A stretch of DNA of 64,000 bases from positions 384,001 through 448,000 of the forward strand of contig CBDESU010000002.1 in assembly GCA_965242695.1 (NCBI GenBank), in the 5' to 3' direction. How positions within the stretch are numbered: position 1 is the stretch's first letter; the number at the start of each line of letters is the position of its first letter. Below the pieces are notes generated by a model. The model made no database searches. It was not told the origin of the DNA and worked only from the letters and a program-made list of their open reading frames with translations. Below, piece by piece: positions 1-9,600 of this stretch. A program made the translations under genes and the position numbers. Origin of the DNA: Cenarchaeum sp. GTDB lineage: Archaea > Thermoproteota > Nitrososphaeria > Nitrososphaerales > Nitrosopumilaceae.

Positions 1-268
1 GCGGCGGTGGTGCCTCACGTGCAGCGTCAAACATGCTTGCGTACCAGCACCAGTTTCCAACAGCTGATTCGGAACCGCCGGGAAGTGCCGCCTCGTCTAC
101 GACATGGCAGACCGGCACGTGGATGGTCGAGCCGTTGTGAGAAGGAACTGCAAGGACGCCCTTGGATTCGCTGCGGATTTTCCGCAGTTCGGCCACCCCC
201 TTGATCCGTTTGCAGGGCAATGGCGGGGCCTTTTAGCCGCCATTAATAAACCCAAGGGGCGGGCAGGT

Positions 269-2962
269 GCGAGAGCTCAGGTCTCACCCATGCCACTGAC
301 GCCTGACGGGAGGGGGGGCGAGGCTGCTTGCAGGTGGTGGCAGGTGCACTGGCACAGCCTGCCGACGACATGCCGCGGCTGCGGCAGTTCGGCGGCGCCG
401 GGCACCCGAACCTGGCGCCAAGGATCCAAACCTTTATCGATCAAATTGGTTCGGCGCGCGGCCATGGGATCGCCGTCCGAGGTCACCCTGCTCCGCAGGG
501 AGCTTGCGAATGTGCACCGCAGGCATGACGCCGAGACGGAAACCCTCAACGAGACCATCCGCCAGCTTGTGTCCAATCTGTCGGAGGTCACCGCGGAACG
601 GGACGGCCTGAGGATCACCTGCCGCCTGCAGAAGACGGCACTGGCCACCTCGGCCGGTACGAGCGCCGAGCTGTCGGAAAGATGCAGAAGGCTCGAGGAG
701 GATGTAGAGGGCATGCGCACCCTGCTCCGGCGCCATGAAAACCCCAACAGCCCGACCTCGTCGCGGGCGATATGCCACAGGGAGCGCGACAGGCTGCGCG
801 CAAAGATCGGATCGTACAACGAGGGGGACGACGGCAGGCGGAGGGGCGGCGGCAGCGGCGGCGGCGGCAGGGACAAGAACGCGGACTCGCCGGAGCGGGG
901 CCTGGAGGGAAGCGGGAGCCGGCGGAGGGGCGGCGACAGCGGCGGCGCGGCGGCAGGGAGGAGGGGGAGGAAAAAGGGGGCCGAATCTCAGGCGGCGACG
1001 GCGGTGGCGGAACCGGCGGCGCCCTCCAGACGCCGCCGCCGCCGCGGCCCGGGAAAGTCGAACAGCACAAAGACCGAGTGCACCCTGGCCGTCCCGCTCG
1101 GGCCCTCGTGGTGCTGCGGCGCCGACTATGTCGTAATCGGGTACGCCGTCAAGCGGCTCTACGACCTGATCGGAGGATGGCTCTTGGAGTTTGAAGCGAC
1201 CGACGGCAGGGGCAGGCGCCTGCAGGACCTTGCCAGGGAGGCCGTCCGGATCGGCGGCGTCGGGCGAGGCTGCGCCGTAGCGCTAAAGCTCGAGGTCGGC
1301 TGCTGCTCGGCGTGCGGGCTGCCTTGGAAGGCGAGCACGCCGATCTCGATCCCCGGAACGGCGCTCGGCGCGATCATCAGGGAGCGCCTGCTGGACCTGA
1401 CCGAGCACATGTCCTACCAGGATGCGGCCAACTACATCCGGTGGTACTACGGGATCGACGTGTCCGAGAATGCGGTCGCCAACGCCGTGTCGGCGAGCAT
1501 GGACGCCGCGGCCCACCTGATCCCGCGGATAGTCGAGCGCATATGCGCCAATGGCTACGCCGTGATCGACGAGACCATGGCGCGTAGCATGGGCAGGTGG
1601 GCGTACATCGTGGCCGCGTGCAGCGGCGATGCCGTGCTGATCACGGCCGCCCCGAGCAGGTCTGCGGCATCGCTCGAAGAGGCGCTCGGCCCGATCTGGA
1701 GCCTCCCAAAGGTCACGGACGAGCACGGCGCCTACCCCGACAGGAACAGGCAGTCCGACTCGGTGCACAACCTGCGCAGCGCCGAAGAGCCCGTCTACGT
1801 GTGGCTCACCCTGTTTGGGGACTACGCCGAAGAGGCCGGCATAGACCCCGGCGCCGAGTTCAGGGCCGTCGAGAGGGCTGTAATCCCCCCGCTCGTCGAC
1901 ATGATCAGGTCCAATCCGGACGTCCGACTGGTGGACGGCGCCGAGCTGCCGTCCGTCGAGCCGGCCGACGGCGGCGGATGCGGCCGAGACACTGTCAAGG
2001 CCATCCGCTCGATCCTGCCCGCCGCCTCCGGCCACCCGGATGCCGCCGCGCCCCTCCCGCCTGCCTCCCTTCCGCGGCCGCCGCGGGCTGGAGACATTGC
2101 GCTCAAAAAGAGGGGGAAGGCGGCAGGAGGGGTGCGGCGCCCGAGGCGCGGCGGGCTTGCGGAAATAATTGATCGCGACGTGGCATCGGGATCGCCGCCG
2201 CCGCCGCCGCCGTCCCGGCCGCGGTCGGGGCGCAGGCCGACCGCCAAAGAGATCGCGGGGTACCGCAGGGACTCGACCACGTACTTTGGCCTCCTGTGCC
2301 TCTACAGGGTCAGCTCGCGCATCGACACGGCGCCCCCGATCGTGGCCCTCGCCCTGCAGCGCGCGATGTGCGCCATACTCGAGGGGTACGGGGACAAGCA
2401 TCCTGTCAGGACGCGGTACGAGAATGCGATGCCGTGCCTGTTCTACCACACGCAGGTCGACGGCATGCCGGCGCACTCGAACGACGTGGAGAGGGTCATA
2501 CGCAACGTCGCAAAGCGGTACATGGATGCGCACGTGCAGTTCAAGGGGCACCGCGGCATGGTCGTCGGGTCGGGAAAGATGACGATCGCGGCCAATGCCG
2601 GAAGGCGGGGCATGTCGCTGGGCAGGGCCGTGACCTACGCCATTGCCGATCCCAGCTGGAACATACTCGACGGGCCGCCGGCAGGGGAGCCGCCGGCATG
2701 GATGCCCCCGGGCGGCGGCGGGGCAAGGAGCAGCGGCGCCGGATGAAGGAAGCCGGCAGGCCGGGGGCAGGATCCGGCCGCGTCCTCGGCGGCCCCTGCC
2801 CCCCTCCCTGCCGGCGCCGCGGGTTGATGGCAGGCTGATGCGTCCCGCCCCAGCCGCCGCGCGGCGGGCATGCACATGGCCTGTTCTCCGCCCCCTGCCG
2901 CTCTTCTCCAGTGCCGCCGCCAAGTCGACCGCCACGGCCCGCCCTAAGACCTGAGCTCTCGC
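269..2962 (+). mobile_element. Complete IS66-like insertion sequence (single ORF), 2694 bp
   Basis: Perfect 16-bp TIRs GCGAGAGCTCAGGTCT (269-284) and AGACCTGAGCTCTCGC (2947-2962). Flanked by an 8-bp direct repeat GGGCAGGT (261-268, 2963-2970); 8-bp TSDs are typical of IS66. Encloses a DDE transposase. Confidence 0.9.
464..2746 (+). CDS. IS66-family DDE transposase
   Basis: N-terminal coiled coil followed by NPNSPTS, a CxxC motif (CCSACG), and catalytic-type motifs VIDET, VTDEHGAY and HSNDVERVIR. Start set at ATG 464, which lies inside the TIRs and downstream of CTTTATC (432-438). Confidence 0.85.
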   Translation: MGSPSEVTLLRRELANVHRRHDAETETLNETIRQLVSNLSEVTAERDGLRITCRLQKTALATSAGTSAELSERCRRLEEDVEGMRTLLRRHENPNSPTSSRAICHRERDRLRAKIGSYNEGDDGRRRGGGSGGGGRDKNADSPERGLEGSGSRRRGGDSGGAAAGRRGRKKGAESQAATAVAEPAAPSRRRRRRGPGKSNSTKTECTLAVPLGPSWCCGADYVVIGYAVKRLYDLIGGWLLEFEATDGRGRRLQDLAREAVRIGGVGRGCAVALKLEVGCCSACGLPWKASTPISIPGTALGAIIRERLLDLTEHMSYQDAANYIRWYYGIDVSENAVANAVSASMDAAAHLIPRIVERICANGYAVIDETMARSMGRWAYIVAACSGDAVLITAAPSRSAASLEEALGPIWSLPKVTDEHGAYPDRNRQSDSVHNLRSAEEPVYVWLTLFGDYAEEAGIDPGAEFRAVERAVIPPLVDMIRSNPDVRLVDGAELPSVEPADGGGCGRDTVKAIRSILPAASGHPDAAAPLPPASLPRPPRAGDIALKKRGKAAGGVRRPRRGGLAEIIDRDVASGSPPPPPPSRPRSGRRPTAKEIAGYRRDSTTYFGLLCLYRVSSRIDTAPPIVALALQRAMCAILEGYGDKHPVRTRYENAMPCLFYHTQVDGMPAHSNDVERVIRNVAKRYMDAHVQFKGHRGMVVGSGKMTIAANAGRRGMSLGRAVTYAIADPSWNILDGPPAGEPPAWMPPGGGGARSSGAG

Positions 2963-3340
2963 GGGCAGGTCGTGCTCAATCCTCGGCCGGTATTCGCCAC
3001 GGGCATTGGCAGCCGGCCAGGCCACAGCGGCCTCGGTCGCCTGTGAGTCGCGGAACAGCGGCGCGGACTTGATTCCGCTAGCGTCAGCGCCGCCTTTCTC
3101 CCGGGGCAGGCTGCCAAGCGCGGCCCTAGCCTGCACTGCATCCAAACGCGTGCCCGGTGGCGCCTACGGTTTGGCCACATCTGTTAGTGTCCCTATGCCA
3201 AAAGGCCGCTGGTGGCAGGCCCCGCCCTAGCGCACCTGCTACCTAGCCATACCTGCCGCCACGGCTTAGCCTGCCCCTTGCCTGCCAGTCCGGCACCACG
3301 TTGATCAGCGGCAAACCCCATCCTCAAGCGCCGTGTCAGA

Positions 3341-6157
3341 CTAGCCGACAGGATAGCCTATGTCGTTGCCTTCTGCATCGGCCGTCAGTTCGCTTTCCAG
3401 TTCTATTGCAGATTGTCCCGTCGTTTTTTGGTCGGAGGCCAGCCCCTGCCGCTTTATTTTTACGTAGTCGGGCGTTCTCCTTGTGTCGAGCGGGATGCAT
3501 GTGCTACCGGCCCTAATGAAAAAGTCGTGTTTTCCCTCTATGCGCTTTCGTAGCTTAACAGGCCCGGTCGTAGACGCGGTGACGGCGCAGTGCAGGATGT
3601 CGGTGCCGTCGACCGCCACAATCTCGCGGTCAAAGTTGCCGTCGTGTTCGGGCCCAAGGTATCCCACTATTACGTTTGTTAGCCATGTCAGGACCCTGTC
3701 CCTCTCCCTGCGAGACAGCCGCCCACCGCCGGGCGCGAGCCCCTCCACCTTGCCGTCGTCGCCGATGCCGATCAGCAGATCGCCTCCCTTTGTGTTCACA
3801 AAGGCGCACAGCTCCCGGGCTACTTTTTCTTCCATTTTGCCAGGCTGCCAAGTGCGCTCTTGGCGCGAGGCGGGCCACGACTTGAATTCTAGCACCTCGG
3901 ACTCGTCCTTGGGCAAGAGTGACTTGACCAGCTGTTCGCGGCCGCCAGATGGCGTGGCGGCCGACGCTTGCGCGTGCGGATCAACAACGCTAGGAGCGGC
4001 TCTTCTAGGCGGTGGCTCGGCAGGCCCGAGCGACTCGCGCGCGTAGTGGCCGATCGCTTCGTCAGGCGCTCCAAGCTCGGACAGGCAGGAGAGCCGCCCG
4101 ACGTACGCGTCGGCGTTGCCGGGATCCAGCTCGATCGCCCGGTCAAAGTGCGCGAGTGCCTCGCGGTGCAGCTTTAGGCGCTGCAGGGAAAGGGCCTTGT
4201 TGCTGTGCAGCCTAAAGTTGCCCGGATCGAGCTTGATCGCCCTGTCAAAGTACTCAATGGCCTCGCCGTCCCTGCCCAGCTCCGCCAGCACGATTCCTCC
4301 GTTGTTGTGCGCCCCGGTGTTGGTGGAATCCAGCTCGGCGACCAGCCTGTACTCCTCCAACGCCTCGCCGAAGCGGCCCATCTCCTGTAGGGACAGCCCG
4401 CGGTTGTAGTGCAGGACGGCCTGTTTCGGTTTGATTCGGATCGCCCTGTCAAAGTGGTCTAGCGCCTCCTCGTGGCGGCCTAGCTCCGCCAGCATGCTCC
4501 CCATGTTCGAGAGCGCGGGCGGGTCGTCGGGCCGGGCCGAGACGACCACCTCGCAGTGCAGTGACGACTCACTGAACCGCCCCAGATCACGCAGCAGGTA
4601 GGATGCAAGCGTGTGAAAGTCCATTTTAGAAAGATCACGTCCTAGGGCTTGGAAGCAGTAAGACAGCGCCTCCTCAGGTCGGCCCAGCGCGCGCAGAGAG
4701 AGCGCCATGATGAAGTGCGGCCGGGGATCCGAATCGTTCGCCGCGATGGCCCGGCCGCACAGATGCATGACCTCCTTGTGGCGGCCCAGCCTCTGCAGCA
4801 GGGCCATTAGCGGGATGTACGAGTCGACTCGGCCTGGCGCGACCTTGATCGCCCTGCGGCCGGGGCGCATGGCCTCCTTGTACTGGCCCAATTTTGACAG
4901 GCAGGTGGACACCCTCTCGTGGGCCAGGGGATCCTTTGGCGCCATCTTGGTCACCCTTTTCGCATGCCTCAGGGCCTCTTCGTACCGCCCCAGCTGGAAC
5001 AGGGAGAACGACGCGTTGTGGCGCGCCTGCACTCTGCGGGGATCGAGGCGCGCCGCCCTCAGGTGGCACCGCAGGGCCTCGGCGTGGCAGCCGAGGCGGT
5101 TCAGGACGATGCCGCGCATTGAATGCGCCCGGGGGTTGGACGGATCCAACACCACGGCCCGCTTTGCACAGCGCAGGGCCCTAGAATGGCGGCCCAGCAT
5201 GGACAGACAGCGGGCCATGGCAATATGGCCGTCGGCCCGCGCGGGATCCGCCTTGATTGCCTCCCTGCAGTGCCCTAGCGCTCCCTGGTAGAGCTCCAGC
5301 TCGCCCAGGCAGACGGCCATTTTGAGTTGCAGGTCGGCATCGGGCGAACCCAGCCTCGAGGCCACCGAGTAGGCGGCATACGCCCTGTCGTACACCTCTT
5401 CCCTGAAGAATCGGTCGCCGCGGTCCACGTACCTCTGGCGCCTTGCCGCTTTAGATTCGCCGCCGCTGCCGCCGCCGGCGACGGGCGGGTTGTCGGGGCC
5501 GGGTCGCCCGCCCTGGCCCCCCGGCGGCGCCTGCGGGCCGCCCTTCAAGAGCGCTTCGTTGCGGGTGCACTCGGGATCAGCTGCGGCGCCTGGCGGCGGC
5601 GCCGAATCCCGCTCGGCCCCCTTTTGCAGGGGCGCCCGCCCCGCGCCTGCCGGGAGCGCGTCCCGCCTTTCCCTGATGCGGGCGCGGCGCCGCGGCGCGA
5701 GCTCGAGCCGCACGGCGCCCGCATCCCCTCCGCCGCAGCCGCCGCCCGTTATCTTCACGCTGTTCGGGAGGGAGGGGCCGTCCAAGGCGCGCTCTGCGTC
5801 CCCGCTGCGCGGCCCGCCCTGCCCCCGCCCGGACACGGGCGGCTCGACGCCAGGCCCATTTGGCATGCCCTTTAGGGCCGGGAGGGCAGCGCCGGGCGGT
5901 CGTCCCATGCCTTCGACGGGGTGGTCGGCGGCGCCCATGACCAGTAGGACGGCGCCCCCTGCGGCGAGCGGCGCGCCAGCGCGCCGGGCAAGCCCGATCC
6001 CCCGCGGCGGGGGCAGCGCCGGGCGGCCGGCACCGGGTTCGAGCATGCCCGGCCCGGCCCCCCGAGGGCGCGGCGGGAAGTGCCGCAGGGCCCGCCGGCC
6101 CCCCGGTCGGGCAGGACAGGCGGCGCAGAACGGGCACGGGGCGGTGGGACGATCCAT
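3341..6157 (-). CDS. TPR-repeat protein with C-terminal AlbA_2 (Schlafen-like) domain
   Basis: About 13 TPR-like 34-aa repeats (e.g. EALEEYRLVAELDSTNTGAHNNGGIVLAELG). C-terminal ESEVLEFKS...ELCAFVNTKGGDLLIGIGDDG. Start uncertain; ATG 6157 follows a CTTATTA box. Confidence 0.85.
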   Translation of the reverse strand: MDRPTAPCPFCAACPARPGGRRALRHFPPRPRGAGPGMLEPGAGRPALPPPRGIGLARRAGAPLAAGGAVLLVMGAADHPVEGMGRPPGAALPALKGMPNGPGVEPPVSGRGQGGPRSGDAERALDGPSLPNSVKITGGGCGGGDAGAVRLELAPRRRARIRERRDALPAGAGRAPLQKGAERDSAPPPGAAADPECTRNEALLKGGPQAPPGGQGGRPGPDNPPVAGGGSGGESKAARRQRYVDRGDRFFREEVYDRAYAAYSVASRLGSPDADLQLKMAVCLGELELYQGALGHCREAIKADPARADGHIAMARCLSMLGRHSRALRCAKRAVVLDPSNPRAHSMRGIVLNRLGCHAEALRCHLRAARLDPRRVQARHNASFSLFQLGRYEEALRHAKRVTKMAPKDPLAHERVSTCLSKLGQYKEAMRPGRRAIKVAPGRVDSYIPLMALLQRLGRHKEVMHLCGRAIAANDSDPRPHFIMALSLRALGRPEEALSYCFQALGRDLSKMDFHTLASYLLRDLGRFSESSLHCEVVVSARPDDPPALSNMGSMLAELGRHEEALDHFDRAIRIKPKQAVLHYNRGLSLQEMGRFGEALEEYRLVAELDSTNTGAHNNGGIVLAELGRDGEAIEYFDRAIKLDPGNFRLHSNKALSLQRLKLHREALAHFDRAIELDPGNADAYVGRLSCLSELGAPDEAIGHYARESLGPAEPPPRRAAPSVVDPHAQASAATPSGGREQLVKSLLPKDESEVLEFKSWPASRQERTWQPGKMEEKVARELCAFVNTKGGDLLIGIGDDGKVEGLAPGGGRLSRRERDRVLTWLTNVIVGYLGPEHDGNFDREIVAVDGTDILHCAVTASTTGPVKLRKRIEGKHDFFIRAGSTCIPLDTRRTPDYVKIKRQGLASDQKTTGQSAIELESELTADAEGNDIGYPVG

Positions 6158-6617
6158 GGCAGGCAGGCTGGAGTTTGGGGTAATAAGGTAGGCGCCAGTG
6201 CGGGTCGTTTCGCCCGCCAGATTGCTAGGAGGTGGCAGAGCGGGCGGCGCCCGGGACGGCAGTGGGCGGCCCGGAGCGCGCGGGCGGGAGGAGAGCCCAG
6301 CCGTGGTGAGGTCGGGGGAGGCGGAAGAGGCGGTAGGAGGCGCGGCAGGCGCGTTGGACGGGGGCGCTACGGCGGCGGTGCGCAGGAGTAGGATCGGACA
6401 GGATGCGCGATCGCGGCGCCGGCGCGGCCTGCCGGGCCGGCGGGAGCCTTGTGGGCTGCCATGCCGCCCCATGCGCGTGGCGACATCAGCGGCCCGCGGG
6501 GTGTCCGGCAACCAAGCAGCTCGGCTCGGGACCAAAAGCCGGCTGGGCATCCCCGCGGCGCCATCCATGGCGGGCAGGGGCCTTCGCGTCTGGATACGGC
6601 TGCGCTACAGGCCGCTA

Positions 6618-9600
6618 CTAGTCCCGCCGCCCCATCTCTGAGAGCAGCTCCAGGGCGGGCGGCCACCCCGCGGCGGCGAACGCGTCGAGCACGTCGACGC
6701 ATCGGTTCCACTCGCTGTCGTACAGCGAGTGGTGCTGCAGGAGCCCCGCCAGCGCGTTCAGCGAGGATTCTGCCGCGGGCGGGTCGGACGCCACGGCGTC
6801 GCCGTGGTCTTTTACGGCCCCTTCCAGGTACGCCAGGGCGGCATCGGGCGCCTCCTTCCAAAACCTCTCGAAGAAGCCGGCCAGTATCTCGGCAATGGAC
6901 AGGTCGAACGCGGCGCCCGCCAGTAGGTCGGTGATGCGCGCAAGGTGCAGCGCGATCTTTGCAATGTACTCGCGGTTGTCGATGTCGGGATTGTCGTCAA
7001 AGCCGTTGAGCGTGAAGAACGCCGCATTGTGGCGCACCTCTCGCAGGGGATCGTGCAGCATCCGGTAGAGCAGGTCGAGGGCGGCATCCTGGTGCCCGGT
7101 ACCGAGGAATCTTTCCTTGAGAATAAACGGTATGCGCATGCGCAGCTCCTTGCTGAACGCCCCCTCGTCGGCGATGCGGTCGAGCATGCCTGCCGCGTGG
7201 GGCTCCCTCAGTTCCACCGCCAGGGCAAGCAGGAGCGGCGCCACGGTCTCAGGCGCCTGGCCGGATGCCGCCAGCATGTTCTCGATCATCGACGATGCCG
7301 ACGCCGGATCCTGCCGCAGTATGCGGTACAGCGCAGGGGGAAGAAAGGACTGCACGCGAGGATCGGGATCGCGGCTGTACGACAGCGCTATTGCGCGCGC
7401 CGCGTCGTAGTGGGCAGGCAGCATGCGCGGAAGGGATCTGGCCACGTCGCTGCGCACCAGGTTGACGCGGTCGTCCGAGAGGTCGCGTATGGCATCGAGT
7501 GCGTCCCCGCTCTTGCGGTGCGTCAGTATGGCGATCAGGCACTCGGCGACCAGGCCGCGCACGCTTTGCACTGTCGCCGGCGAGTCTCCAAGCGGGGGCG
7601 GCTCGTCCCGTTCCGGGTCGGGATCGTCCTTGCTGCGAAGCAGGAACGACTCCATTTTGGACAAGAGGGCCTCGTCCGGGCGGGCTCCGTCCTTGCCGGT
7701 CAGCGCCTTCAGCATGCTGTCGAGCAGCTCAATTTTCCTGCCGCGATCTAGGTCGGCCTCCACCAACTCCCTTACGGCCAGGAGCGGCTCCTCTGTCCCC
7801 TCCCAGACAAGCATGTCCTGGATCGGGCCGTGCGCAATGGGCTGGGCGTCCTCCAAGGCTGGCCGCGGGTGCCTGTCCACCACGCGCGCGTCCTCCCGGG
7901 AGAGGAGCGAGCGGGGCAGCTCGGAGAGGAACGCGGCGCGCGCCCTCTCGCTTCGCAGCATCTCGCCGTCCGTGCTGTCGCGAGGCGCGTTCGAGGCGGC
8001 GATCGCCTCGTAGACCCGCGCCGCCTGCGGGTCGGAGAGGAGGGGAAGGGCCTGCCGCAGCGCGTTGCCGACGCTGCGGCGGAGACCGTAGGGATTGTAC
8101 GTCTGCGGGTCGGAGAGTAGGGCGGCAAGCTCGCCGGCAAACACGGGGGCCCGCCTTGCCATGCCGTCAATCCGCATGCGTAGGAAGGGAACGAGCCTCG
8201 TGCTCGCCAGCAGGGAGGCCAGCCTCGAGAATGCCTCGTCGCCGCATGCGTCTACGTGCTGCTTGGCGGCGCTCAGTATGGATCCCTCGCGGCCCGAGAG
8301 GCCCGCGGGGTCGGGCCAGTCTACCAGCTGGCCGCTGGCGGGGCCACTCCAGGCATCGGGCACGGCGCGGCGGCTCATGCGCTCTGCGGTCAATATTGCG
8401 GCGCGCAACATGGCGGGCGGGTCTACCTCCATCAGGCGGGGGAGCATCTTGCCAAGCTTCCACCGGATCGTGTCGTTGTACTGCGCCGGCGCACCTATCG
8501 TCCTAGTCATCCCTAGCGATCCAATCCCCATTTCCCCACCCGACGGCTCTTCGTGCGTGTAGAGGGCGCAGAATATGTCAGGGACCGCGTCCGCCTCGGC
8601 CTCTAGGAGGCGTAGCAGATTGGCCGCCACGCCCATGCGCACGAGCGGATCGGCGTTGTCCGACATTGTCCCCAGCCATGCGGCCTTGCCTTCGGCGTCG
8701 ATGTCGGTAAGCATCGCGACTGCCCTCTGTCGCACCCTTCCGTTCCTGTTTCCCACGGCAAGGGCCCTAGCGGCGGCAAACACGCGGTCGTGGTGCCGCG
8801 CATCGGCGGCGGCTGCTGCTTCTAGGCAGGCAATGATGAACTCGCCGTTGGGGTTGTCCGGATCCTCAGCCCAGCCGGTGATGGCCTCGCCCCACACGCG
8901 GAACCACGACGCATCCGGGCGCTTTGCCAGCGCCATGAGGAAGTGGCGCTGCAGGATCGGGTGTTCCGAGAGCATGCCGGCGAGTCCGGCGCATGCGCCG
9001 CACCCTTTGCCGTGCTCCATGTTTGCTAGCGCGGCAACGGCGGCGATCTTCCAGTGGTGCTTGACGTCGGCGCCGGCCACGCCCGCTACGATCGATGCAA
9101 ACTCGTCCGCGTCCCGCTCGTGCGCCATGGCCAGCGCCATGGAAAGCGTCGGGCGCAGGAAGACGTTGTACTCGTCCGCGCGAAGGTATGCCTCTATGGG
9201 CCGGTGCCTCTCAAGCAGTGCCCTCGACATGGCGTAGTCCATGTATGCGTGGTGGAAGTACCGGATCATGCCGCCTGCGCCGGCGCGCCGCAGGATGCCC
9301 GCGCTCAGCGCCGCATCGGCCGCCTCTTGGTCGTCGGGCTCGTAGGGGACCATGGTCCTGCGCGCCTTGGACATGCCTTCGGCTGCGGCGTAGAGGATGT
9401 TCCTGACGCGCGGGCCGAGCGGCCCCGTTTCCACATAGTGGCGCCAGTGGGCGTCGTACAGGCCGATCTCGTGCCTGATCGACGAAAGGTCAGCGCCAGG
9501 CGACCCTTTCAGGATGAGCGTGTACAGGCTCAGGTTGAGGGGGTTGGCCAGCAGGCCCTTCAATCGGGCCGGGATGCGGGGGCTGTCAGTCCCGCCCAGT

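Noticed and set aside
104-463. N-terminal extension of the transposase ORF
   Set aside because: It crosses the left TIR and TSD, so it cannot belong to the element; ATG 464 has a TATA-like box.
1283-3145. Long antisense or alternate-frame ORFs (also 29139-31268, 15039-16439, 22467-23741, 60410-61558)
   Set aside because: These are Arg/Pro/Ala/Gly-rich shadow ORFs expected at this GC content; they overlap better-supported genes or repeats.
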